Assembly: GCA_937873695.1 (NCBI GenBank)
Contig: CALMYL010000008.1
Coordinates: forward strand, 173,369-237,368
Reading direction: 5' to 3'
Length of the DNA stretch: 64,000 bases
Source of the DNA: an uncultured Ignavibacteria bacterium
GTDB lineage: Bacteria > Bacteroidota > Ignavibacteria > Tepidaquicellales > OLB5
Shown here one piece after another: positions 20,893-31,214 of this stretch (position 1 is its first letter; every line of letters starts with the position of its first letter). The notes below the pieces were generated by a model. That model did not search any database. It worked only from the letters and a program-made list of their open reading frames with translations, and was not told the origin of the DNA. A program made the translations under genes and the position numbers.

Positions 20893-21846
20893 TTAAGCTG
20901 TAAAAGGCAGCTTCACAATACTGCAATCAAGCAAGCCTTCGTTATATTTTAGTTTATATGTTTTGCCGTAGTCTAAAAAAATGGTCTTCACAAAGCCCAA
21001 TGCAATGTACCCATATGTTTCTGAATATGCTGTGCTGGTTAAAAACCCGCATTCTTTACCATCAATGGTAATCTTAAACTGGCCTGCTTCGGCAGGCATA
21101 GTATCTGCGAATATCCTGAATCCGGTCAAGTGTTTGCTTATTTTATCATAAGCGTCAAGTCTTGCAATTACTTCCTGGCCAATATAGCAGCCTTTGGTAA
21201 AACTAACGTATCTATTCAGGCTGCACTCAAGCGGATTTGTAAGTTCACTCATTTCCCTGCCAAATGCTGGAATACCATGTTCGACTCTTAATACATTATA
21301 TTCTGCATCATTTATCTCATTCAGTGTGAATTCACTTCTGCTTTCAGCGGCAAATATTTTATTTTCCCAATAATCTTTATCAGCTGCAGAATAAATAAAC
21401 TCAGCACCGCCAAAAGCGTTATCATTTAAAGTTATAATTGCATCATGCTCGGCGGTAACAAGGAATCTGCCCTCATTTAAACTGGCAATATTACAGCCCG
21501 CGAACAAAGAAACAAATTCAATTGCTCTGTTCCCAAAAAACAATATTGCATTGTGAGCTCCGCTAAGATCAACGGCAGTAAAATCATCCATGATAGTATA
21601 TTTATCCAGATGTGCCTGTACCGCTTTGGCATTATTGAATGAACAGGAAGCAAAAATGACTTCGCCCAGGTTATACAAAGTAAGCAGGTCAATAATTCTG
21701 CCTTTATCTGAAGTTAATACCGTTTTAACACATGAAAATTTATCAAGGGGCAATACCATGTTGCTGGAAAGCCTGTTGATCAGGTCCAGCCTTTCATTGC
21801 CTGTAAATTTTAAATAGTCCTGTGGTAATCTATAGAAATTAAGCAT
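20893..21846 (-). CDS. YgfZ/GcvT-like folate-binding protein
   Basis: It has the signature KGCYIGQEVIARL and an aminomethyltransferase-like fold length of ~317 aa. Confidence 0.7.
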   Translation of the reverse strand: MLNFYRLPQDYLKFTGNERLDLINRLSSNMVLPLDKFSCVKTVLTSDKGRIIDLLTLYNLGEVIFASCSFNNAKAVQAHLDKYTIMDDFTAVDLSGAHNAILFFGNRAIEFVSLFAGCNIASLNEGRFLVTAEHDAIITLNDNAFGGAEFIYSAADKDYWENKIFAAESRSEFTLNEINDAEYNVLRVEHGIPAFGREMSELTNPLECSLNRYVSFTKGCYIGQEVIARLDAYDKISKHLTGFRIFADTMPAEAGQFKITIDGKECGFLTSTAYSETYGYIALGFVKTIFLDYGKTYKLKYNEGLLDCSIVKLPFTA

Positions 21847-22101
21847 TAATCATCAAATATACCTGTTTTTCAAATGTTATTCAATTTAAAAAGAAAGCCA
21901 GCGAACTAAAATTATCCGAGTTGAGCTGCCGGATTGCTGCAGGAATAGTTTTCATCATGCAGTTCCTGATGCAATTGTACGCCGGTGATTCTTACTTATT
22001 TTGAAAAAAGTTTCGTTTTTCTCATTAAATCAATTGAAATTAAAGTAAAGTTGCGTTATTTTAGTAAAATTGATATTTTTTAACCACCATCAAAGTAATG
22101 A

Positions 22102-23025
22102 ATGCTTAAGGAATTTGGCCAGGACCTGAAGAAGCTTCGCGAACTGAAAGGAATATCCATTGCGGAAATTTCTGCTGAAAGCAGAATTAATACTAAATTC
22201 CTGCAGCTTCTTGAAAACGGTAATTTTGATTTCCAGCCTGAAACTTACATCCGGTCATTTATTAAAGCATACGCACGCGCCCTTAACGAAAATGAAAATC
22301 AGATACTGAACGATTACGATAAAGCAAAAGCGGGTTTCTATGCACGCAGAAAATTTGCTGATGAAAATTCAAAAGATATCAGCGCACCTGATGCTAAACT
22401 GCGCATTTCTGTACTTGAACAGCCTTCAAAGAAGGAAGAAGATATTGATGAACCGGTTTATTCAAAAGGAATTGAAAGTGATAAACCGGATTACATGAAA
22501 TCAAAACCTGCTGAAATTAATGATACCCCGGAATATTCCAACAGATCAATAACTCAGAAGATACTTCTGGGTCTGCTTATTGCAGCCATTGTTGTGGGAA
22601 TATATTTTCTTATTGATTATCTTAACAACAGCGGAGAAAAGAAAACCGAAGTTAAGCCCAAATCGTTTAATGAGATCTCAAGCGAATACGAAAACAAGAT
22701 ATCGAACAAGATGATCGATTCTGCCCGAATAAAAGATTCACTAAAAACACTCGCAGAACTTGATTCACTTACATTAACCGTAAAAGCTATAAAAGATATC
22801 AAAATAAAGCTGTACATAGATGAAGACGCCGAAGCATATACTGAGAATCTTTCCGCAAAAGATTCTATTGTATTTAAGGCCAAAGAAAAATTCCGTTTCA
22901 GCGCCAGTACAAGCCATAATGTTGATCTTTTCCTGAACGGTAAATACCTGAAAAAATCCGGCCTTACACCCGGTACATCAATTAAAAATCTGATCATTAC
23001 CAAAGAAGGCATCCTGCAGCAATAG
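22102..23025 (+). CDS. RodZ-like HTH / DUF4115 membrane protein
   Basis: It has an N-terminal XRE-type HTH (LRELKGISIAEISAESRINTKFLQLLE), a central TM helix, and a C-terminal beta-rich domain (LTLTVKA...LFLNGKYL). Confidence 0.55.
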   Translation: MLKEFGQDLKKLRELKGISIAEISAESRINTKFLQLLENGNFDFQPETYIRSFIKAYARALNENENQILNDYDKAKAGFYARRKFADENSKDISAPDAKLRISVLEQPSKKEEDIDEPVYSKGIESDKPDYMKSKPAEINDTPEYSNRSITQKILLGLLIAAIVVGIYFLIDYLNNSGEKKTEVKPKSFNEISSEYENKISNKMIDSARIKDSLKTLAELDSLTLTVKAIKDIKIKLYIDEDAEAYTENLSAKDSIVFKAKEKFRFSASTSHNVDLFLNGKYLKKSGLTPGTSIKNLIITKEGILQQ

Positions 23026-23064
23026 TTACCGGGGATGCTCTGTAATTCGTATCATAAGCCATAA

Positions 23065-25077
<2,013 letters not shown>

Positions 25078-25109
25078 AAGGTAAAAATCATAAGGCAAAA
25101 ATATAACTA

Positions 25110-25129
25110 AAAGGGGCTTTCGCCCCTTT
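25110..25129. terminator. Probable bidirectional terminator between convergent genes
   Basis: An 8-bp GC-rich stem, AAAGGGGC-TTTC-GCCCCTTT, flanked by A- and T-runs. Confidence 0.6.
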
Positions 25130-25151
25130 CTTATTCAAACTGTAATTTCTT

Positions 25152-25799
25152 TTACTTCAAAAAATTATAGCTGAACACAAAATATATCCCGCCGAAGTTC
25201 TTCATTTCAGCAGTGGATAGACTCTGAATACCATCGCCAAAAAGATGCAAATAATAGTACCGCAGATTAAAACTCAGGCCCGAACTGCGGTTTGTAATAT
25301 AATCCAGTCCAAGTCCAACATATCCGCCAACAGTGTATTTAGCTTTAGCGTACTTAAAACTTGTAAAGAATGATTCCTTATACGGGGTGTACATAATTGC
25401 AGCGGGAGATACCCCAAAGTTCACAAATGGTCTCATATTATCTGTAACATCATCGCGAAACAGCCTGTACTGCAGCCCGATATTCACAACCGGGAACATA
25501 AACAGCCTGTTAACTTTGAATGGAGTAACTGAATTACCGAAAAAGTCGGTTTGCTCAAATTCTCTGTCATCCTTGGCGCCGGAAAAAAATATACCTGTCT
25601 GTAATGAAACATCCCTTGATAATGCAAAGTATTTGGTTGCGCCAAGTCCAAAACCATTATCAGAAAATGAGAGGTTTATGGACCAGTTGTTTTGCGGTTC
25701 CTTTTTGATCTTCATTTTTTGTGATAGTGAATCTGACCCCTGGGAAAAAGAGAACGCTGTTAAAAAAAGAAAGGCTGATAAAAATATTAGTTTTTTCAT
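25152..25799 (-). CDS. Small outer-membrane beta-barrel protein (hypothetical)
   Basis: It has a signal peptide (FLFLTAFSFSQG), alternating hydrophobic strands, and a C-terminal YNF(LK) aromatic end. Confidence 0.45.
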   Translation of the reverse strand: MKKLIFLSAFLFLTAFSFSQGSDSLSQKMKIKKEPQNNWSINLSFSDNGFGLGATKYFALSRDVSLQTGIFFSGAKDDREFEQTDFFGNSVTPFKVNRLFMFPVVNIGLQYRLFRDDVTDNMRPFVNFGVSPAAIMYTPYKESFFTSFKYAKAKYTVGGYVGLGLDYITNRSSGLSFNLRYYYLHLFGDGIQSLSTAEMKNFGGIYFVFSYNFLK

Positions 25800-25922
25800 T
25801 TGACCTGCTGTAATTACCTGATTATATTGTTATTTTAATGAACTATGTTTGTAAAATCAATCCCTATATAAGGGTTATTGCATAATAAATTGCGTTGTTA
25901 AAATTGCTAATAATCTTTAATT

Positions 25923-26822
25923 TTGTTCCTAAATCTCAAAAACTTGAAGACATCATCACTCGAAAAAAGCAAAACTGTTAAATCTGTCAAAGAGGATATA
26001 ATTATCAGCAACGGCAGCAAATCCTACAATTTAAGTAACAGCAAAGGTCTTTTTTTAATTGCAGGTCCCTGTGTGGTGGAGTCACAAAAGCTGTGCATGG
26101 ATACAGCTAAAAGACTGAAAGATATTACATTACGGCTTAATATTCCTTTCATTTTCAAAGCATCCTATAAGAAGGCAAACCGAACAAGCGGTTCATCATT
26201 CCGTTCAATAGGTGTAATGGAATCACTTGATATACTTGGTAATATCAGGGAAAAGCTTGGGATTCCCGTACTTACCGATATTCACTCCGAAGTTGAGGCT
26301 GAAATTGCCGCTGAATATGTTGATGTGCTCCAGATCCCGGCATTCCTTTCACGCCAGAGTGAGCTTTTGGAAGCAGCCGCGGAAACCGGGAGAATTGTGA
26401 ACATAAAAAAGGGTCAGTTCCTTTCACCCTATGATATGGTGTACCAGGTAAACAAAGTAAAAGCAGCCGGCAATAATAAAATTATGCTTACAGAGCGCGG
26501 TACTACATTTGGATACAATAATCTTGTTGTGGATATGCGTTCACTTGAGATAATGAAATCATTCGGCTGCCCTGTTGTGTTTGATGCTACTCACTCCGTG
26601 CAGATGCCATCAAAGAATGCGGGAGTATCCGGGGGTAACCCTGAATTTATTGAGCCGCTCTCAAAAGCCGCCGCCGCTATTGGTGTAAACGGTGTATTCA
26701 TTGAAACACACCCCAATCCTGCAAAAGCATTAAGCGATGCAAGCAGTATGCTGAAGCTTGATAAAATAGAAGTACTGCTTAAAAAGCTTCTTGCCATACA
26801 TAAAACAGTTAATTCCAGATAA
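25923..26822 (+). CDS. kdsA: 3-deoxy-8-phosphooctulonate (KDO8P) synthase
   Basis: It is colinear with E. coli KdsA (FKASYKKANRTS, LTDIH, LQIPAFLSRQSELL, NIKKGQFLSP, FDATHSVQ, FIETHPNP). The TTG start and N-terminal extent are uncertain. Confidence 0.9.
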   Translation: MFLNLKNLKTSSLEKSKTVKSVKEDIIISNGSKSYNLSNSKGLFLIAGPCVVESQKLCMDTAKRLKDITLRLNIPFIFKASYKKANRTSGSSFRSIGVMESLDILGNIREKLGIPVLTDIHSEVEAEIAAEYVDVLQIPAFLSRQSELLEAAAETGRIVNIKKGQFLSPYDMVYQVNKVKAAGNNKIMLTERGTTFGYNNLVVDMRSLEIMKSFGCPVVFDATHSVQMPSKNAGVSGGNPEFIEPLSKAAAAIGVNGVFIETHPNPAKALSDASSMLKLDKIEVLLKKLLAIHKTVNSR

Positions 26823-28218
26823 TAAATTGTACAATAAGGTAACCCCCGAAATTCTTGACAGACTTTCCGGCATTGTTGGAAAAGATAATGTTTTGTTTGA
26901 TGAAGAATCAATAAAACTGCATTCAGTTGATGAGACCGAAGACCTCAGCTTCCCGCCGGAGGTAGTTGTTAAGCCGGGCACGGCTGGGGAAATTTCAGCG
27001 ATATTCAAACTGGCTAATGAATTTAGTATTCCTGTAACTCCGCGGGGTGGGGGCACGGGACTCTCAGGCGGAGCTCTGACAATCAATGGCGGAATATGCC
27101 TGAGTATGGTGCGCTTTAATAAGATACTTGATATTGATACACAGAACTTCCAGGCAACTGTTCAGCCGGGCGTGATAACCCAGGTATTTCAGGAAGAAGT
27201 TGAAAAGCTGGGGTTATTCTACCCTCCGGATCCTGCTTCAAGGGGTTCGTGTCACTTAGGGGGTAACCTTGCGGAGTGTTCCGGGGGTCCCAGGGCGGTT
27301 AAATACGGTGTTACCAAGGATTATGTACTCGGACTAGAAGCCGTGCTTCCTACAGGGGAAATTATCAATACAGGCGGCAGGGTATTAAAAAATGTTACAG
27401 GATATAATTTAACACAGCTTATAGTTGGCAGTGAAGGTACACTTGCTGTCATTACAAAAATAAATTTCAGGCTGATACCGCTGCCGAAGTTTAAGAAAGT
27501 AATACTTGCGGCATTCAGTACGCTTGAAGATGCAACCGATGCGGTTGCGAAGATATTCCAGCGGGGAATAACACCCTCGGCAATTGAGTTCATGGAAAAA
27601 GCAGCAGTCCGCGCCGCAGAAGAGCGGCAGAACAAAAAATTCCCAAACAGCGATGCCGAAGCGCAGCTTTTCATAGAGGTTGACGGCAACTATCCCGAAC
27701 TGCTTGATAAGGATATTGAGCAAATTGCAGAAGTTGTTGAAGAATTCAACCCGCTTGATATGGTGCTTGCAGAAGATGAACAGAAGGTACAGGATGTATG
27801 GTCGCTGAGGCGTGGTATTGGCGAAGCGGTGAAATCAATTTCAGCCTATAAAGAAGAAGATACTGTTGTACCAAGGGCTAACATGACAAAGCTTATCCGT
27901 GGAGTTAAGGAAATATCAGCGCGCTACGGCATTACAACTATTTGCTATGGCCACTCAGGTGATGGTAACATTCACGTGAACATATTAAAAGATAAGCTTG
28001 ATGAAAAAAGCTGGGAAGAGAATCTGGATAAAGCCATACGCGAAATATTTGAGCTGACAGTTTCGCTGGATGGAATGATCTCCGGGGAGCACGGTATAGG
28101 CTACTCGCAGAAATCATACCTGCCTATTGCCATTGCAGAAGCGGAGCTTGAGCTTATGCGGAAGATCAAAAAGACATTCGACCCGAATAATATCTTAAAT
28201 CCGGGCAAGATATTTTAG
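26791..28218 (+). CDS. FAD-linked oxidase (GlcD-like glycolate/lactate dehydrogenase family)
   Basis: It has an FAD-binding PCMH-type N-domain (PRGGGTGLSGGA) and a C-terminal GEHGIG motif. The start is either the TTG at 26791 (overlapping kdsA) or the TTG at 26829. Confidence 0.8.
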   Translation: MPYIKQLIPDNKLYNKVTPEILDRLSGIVGKDNVLFDEESIKLHSVDETEDLSFPPEVVVKPGTAGEISAIFKLANEFSIPVTPRGGGTGLSGGALTINGGICLSMVRFNKILDIDTQNFQATVQPGVITQVFQEEVEKLGLFYPPDPASRGSCHLGGNLAECSGGPRAVKYGVTKDYVLGLEAVLPTGEIINTGGRVLKNVTGYNLTQLIVGSEGTLAVITKINFRLIPLPKFKKVILAAFSTLEDATDAVAKIFQRGITPSAIEFMEKAAVRAAEERQNKKFPNSDAEAQLFIEVDGNYPELLDKDIEQIAEVVEEFNPLDMVLAEDEQKVQDVWSLRRGIGEAVKSISAYKEEDTVVPRANMTKLIRGVKEISARYGITTICYGHSGDGNIHVNILKDKLDEKSWEENLDKAIREIFELTVSLDGMISGEHGIGYSQKSYLPIAIAEAELELMRKIKKTFDPNNILNPGKIF

Positions 28219-28224
28219 ACGTTG

Positions 28225-28346
28225 ACCTCACCCTCCGTCTCCCTCTCCTGTGAGGAGAGGGAGAGCCAAAACTGCAAATGATTGACACCCCTCTCCTTTT
28301 CCCAAAGGGACTCCTTTGGAGTAGGAGAGGGGCTGGGGGGTGAGGT
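28225..28346. repeat. Composite nested GC-rich palindromic element (outer stem plus two inner hairpins)
   Basis: The outer 9-bp stem is ACCTCACCC (28225-33) / GGGTGAGGT (28338-46). Hairpin A is CTCCCTCTCCT-GTG-AGGAGAGGGAG (28239-63). Hairpin B is CCCCTCTCCT...AGGAGAGGGG (28288-332), enclosing CCAAAGG-GACT-CCTTTGG. Confidence 0.8.
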
Positions 28347-28377
28347 TATAACAGGAGATTGCAGAACTATATGGAAC

Positions 28378-28445
28378 ACTGATGACACTGATTTAGCGGA
28401 TTTTCACTGATAAATGAGTTTTCTCTGTGTTTCAGTTTCTCTGTA
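28378..28445. repeat. Copy of a dispersed intergenic repeat family (ACACTGAT / TAGCGGATTTT motifs)
   Basis: CACTGATGACACTGATTTAGCGGATTTTCACTGAT shares ACACTGAT and TAGCGGATTTT with the 34008-34125 region. Confidence 0.5.
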
Positions 28446-28464
28446 TTAGTAAATTTGTTTATAT

Positions 28465-28869
28465 ATGATAAAATCTGAAATAAACATAAGGGTACTGTAC
28501 GCTCATACCGATAATATGGGCATTGTAAATAACGGAAGGTATCTGGAGTACTTCGAAGCGGGCAGAAATACGCTCCTGCGTGAGCTGGGTTATCCGTATA
28601 CGGAGCTTGAAAAGCTGAATTACGGTCTGCCTGTGATTGAAGCTCATGCTAATTATATTTCAACCGCAAAGTATGATGATGTTGTAACCGTTAAAGCTCT
28701 CCTGCAAACCAAACCCGGGGTCAGAGTTAAGATAGATTACGAGCTTTTCGTAAACGAAAGACTCATTGTTACAGGCTATACAGTGCATTCGTTTATAAGC
28801 CTTGCCACCATGAAGCCCGTGCGTCCACCGAAAGATTTTATGGAAATAGTGGGTCCGCATTTTATATAA
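28465..28869 (+). CDS. Acyl-CoA thioesterase, 4HBT/YbgC family
   Basis: It has the hotdog-fold N-terminal motif RVLYAHTDNMGIVNNGRYLEYFEAGR and is ~134 aa. Confidence 0.7.
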   Translation: MIKSEINIRVLYAHTDNMGIVNNGRYLEYFEAGRNTLLRELGYPYTELEKLNYGLPVIEAHANYISTAKYDDVVTVKALLQTKPGVRVKIDYELFVNERLIVTGYTVHSFISLATMKPVRPPKDFMEIVGPHFI

Positions 28870-28874
28870 ATTTT

Positions 28875-29087
28875 ATGAGCGAAGTTAAATTCATAGAAGA
28901 CCTTGTTTGCCCGATCGGAAAGCATCCGCTGGTTCAAAAAGGTGAGTATCTTGAATGTACAAACTGCGGTGTGAAGTACCCGGTTGATTCAGGCATACCG
29001 TTATTATTAATTGATGATTCCATCCTTCCGGATGGAGTGAATAATATTGAAAGCCTTAAATGTTACATAGAAGCAAAAAACAGATGA
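28875..29087 (+). CDS. Trm112-like small zinc-ribbon protein
   Basis: It is 70 aa with CP...CTNCG cysteine pairs and the GIPLLLIDD motif. Confidence 0.6.
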   Translation: MSEVKFIEDLVCPIGKHPLVQKGEYLECTNCGVKYPVDSGIPLLLIDDSILPDGVNNIESLKCYIEAKNR

Positions 29088-29971
29088 TCATGGAACTGAA
29101 AGAATTTTATAAAATATACGGCAAAGAAATTGATTCAAAAATAAAGCAGGCAATTGCTGAAGATAAAATTACCAGGGATGTAACCACTGGTCTGCTGCTT
29201 AAAGGAAAAGCCGGTGATAAGAAGCTCAAAGCAATTCTGTTATGCAAACAGGATTGTGTACTGGCGGGTTTGGATATTTTTAAAAAGACTTACAGATTTA
29301 TTGATAAAAGTGTAGAGTTTAAATCATTTGCGGCTGATGGCGACAGATTAAAAAAGGGCAGGAAAGTACTTGAAGTAACCGCATCGCGCAGTGTGCTGCT
29401 TAGAGGTGAAAGAACCGCGCTCAATTTTCTGCAGCGTATGAGCGGTATTGCGACTATGACAAACAGTTTTGTAAAACTGCTGAAAGATAAAAATTCCAAA
29501 ATTCTGCACACACGCAAAACCACACCTAATTTCAGGGTCTTTGAAGCGGCTGCGGTTAAGACAGGCGGCGGCGATTTCCACAGGCTGAGCCTTTCCAGCG
29601 CGGTCATGATAAAGGATAACCACATTGAAGCGCTTGGCGGTATGGCAAATGCAATGGATGAGCTGCTTAGAAAAAAAATTCCTTACAGGCTGAAACAAAA
29701 ATTTGAAATTGAAGTAAAAACTTTTGAAGAGCTTGATCTGGTAATAAAATACGGCAGGGGACTAATTGAAATAGTAATGCTAGATAATTTTGACCCTTCT
29801 GCATTGGCAAAGGCAATAAAGCTGCTTAAGGCAAATAAGTTCAAGATAGAGCTATCAGGAGGCATAAATGCCTCAAATTTCGCCAAATATCAGAAAAAAG
29901 GGGTAGATTATTATTCACTGGGTGCATTAACACACTCTTATAATTCATGTGATTTTTCGCTGGAATTTTGA
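29084..29971 (+). CDS. nadC: Nicotinate-nucleotide pyrophosphorylase (carboxylating)
   Basis: It has the ERTALNFLQRMSGIAT, TRKTTPN, MIKDNH and ELSGGIN motifs. I place the start at the ATG at 29084, which overlaps the upstream TGA (ATGA), rather than the ORF-track start at 29060. Confidence 0.85.
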   Translation: MIMELKEFYKIYGKEIDSKIKQAIAEDKITRDVTTGLLLKGKAGDKKLKAILLCKQDCVLAGLDIFKKTYRFIDKSVEFKSFAADGDRLKKGRKVLEVTASRSVLLRGERTALNFLQRMSGIATMTNSFVKLLKDKNSKILHTRKTTPNFRVFEAAAVKTGGGDFHRLSLSSAVMIKDNHIEALGGMANAMDELLRKKIPYRLKQKFEIEVKTFEELDLVIKYGRGLIEIVMLDNFDPSALAKAIKLLKANKFKIELSGGINASNFAKYQKKGVDYYSLGALTHSYNSCDFSLEF

Positions 29972-30159
29972 AATTCCTGAAATTTATCAATTATTTACAA
30001 TTCATTATTGATTATTTTCCAAAAAATGCATAATTTTGACTTGAAATCCAACCTAAATCAGGCATTTCAGTAGTGTCATATCTTTTCACATTTATTGGGG
30101 TCAAAACAAATTTTTAAATCATATCTGTACAAACTAACTTTTCTAAAGGAGAAAACAAA

Positions 30160-30699
30160 ATGTTAAACAACCACAAATTAAAGTTCTTAATTGCTTTAAT
30201 GGTTATGTTTGCGGTTGGCTATGTATGCAGCTCAAACAAAGATGATAAGAAGGAAGATAAGAAAGAGGACACAAAGAAAGAGGATACGAAGAAAGAAGAT
30301 ACAAAGTCTGACGAAAGAAAGACCGAAGACAGGAAAACCGATGAAACTTCATCAAGCGATGTTAAGCTCTATTTCTGTGAAGAATACACAGGAGGCAAAG
30401 AAATAGGCAAGTCAGATGAGTTCATTATCGGCAGAAACGGCGGATATTTTACCTGCATGATCGATATGAGAGGCTCAGGAAAGAAAATTGGAGTTGGCAA
30501 GCTTGAGCTCAGGATCACAAAACTTGGGAACAGCGAAAAAATTATAGCCACAGAAAAATTTGACGTACAGCCTGACTGGGATTATATCTTCTTCGATAAA
30601 TTCCACACATTCTATTCAGCAGGTGACTACAAAGTTACAGCTTTAAAACCTGATGGAACACCGGTTGCATCTGGCGAAGTAAAAATTTCAATGAAATAA
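30160..30699 (+). CDS. Putative lipoprotein with a KKEDT low-complexity linker and a C-terminal 'YFCE' beta-rich domain
   Basis: AAAGGAG lies upstream. It has a signal peptide ending ...VGYVC. A (KKEDT)n tract is encoded at about 30238-30345. The C-domain is paralogous to the next gene. Confidence 0.45.
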   Translation: MLNNHKLKFLIALMVMFAVGYVCSSNKDDKKEDKKEDTKKEDTKKEDTKSDERKTEDRKTDETSSSDVKLYFCEEYTGGKEIGKSDEFIIGRNGGYFTCMIDMRGSGKKIGVGKLELRITKLGNSEKIIATEKFDVQPDWDYIFFDKFHTFYSAGDYKVTALKPDGTPVASGEVKISMK

Positions 30700-30824
30700 T
30701 ATAAGCATATTTTTACAGGCATCTCAGTAAGAGAGGTGCCTGTACTGATTTTACAGCTGTATTATTTATACGGGTATTATATATAAAAGAAACATAAATC
30801 AGAAGGAAAGGATCATTTAAGATA

Positions 30825-31214
30825 ATGATTAAAAAATTACTCACCTCAGCGCTGTTCGCAGTTGCTCTTCTGCTTATCAGCAGCAGCACCAACGCGCAGT
30901 CAATTTATTTCTGCGAAGGCGTATCCGATGACGGATATCCTATCACAGAAAGCTCAACATTCAACATCGGCTCAGGCGGCGGATATGTTTACGTGCTTGT
31001 AAGGCTTCCGTATGAGATAGCATGCCGTTCAGTAAGATTTGAAGTTTATAAGAACGGCGCTTATGACAACACAATATATGTTGATACAGAAAAAAGCTGG
31101 GTTTGGTTCTGGAAGAAAGTTACATTTTACGATGCAGCAAGGTATGAATTTGAAGTTTATGACTGTTTTGATTACAAATTAACTTCAGGCAGTGTAAGAA
31201 TTAACTGGAGATAA
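30825..31214 (+). CDS. Secreted 'YFCE'-domain protein, paralogue of the 30160 C-domain
   Basis: It has a signal peptide (ISSSTNAQS). It shares YFCE...F.IG..GGY...W.Y/WFW.K..F...G/A.Y...SG.V.I with the upstream gene. Confidence 0.45.
   Translation: MIKKLLTSALFAVALLLISSSTNAQSIYFCEGVSDDGYPITESSTFNIGSGGGYVYVLVRLPYEIACRSVRFEVYKNGAYDNTIYVDTEKSWVWFWKKVTFYDAARYEFEVYDCFDYKLTSGSVRINWR

Noticed and set aside
28219-28464. Short ORFs translating the palindromic spacer (PLSCEERES-type peptides), and the possibility of a tRNA or other known ncRNA here.
   Set aside because: The sequence is explained by nested inverted repeats. I could not fold a cloverleaf with an anticodon arm or T-loop GTTC motif. The peptides are repeat artefacts.
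30238-30345. Tandem repeats (KKEDT here, TDVKKK at 60.2 kb) as possible CRISPR or minisatellite arrays.
   Set aside because: The units are 15-18 nt, contiguous without spacers, and in frame inside CDSs. They are coding low-complexity repeats, not CRISPR.
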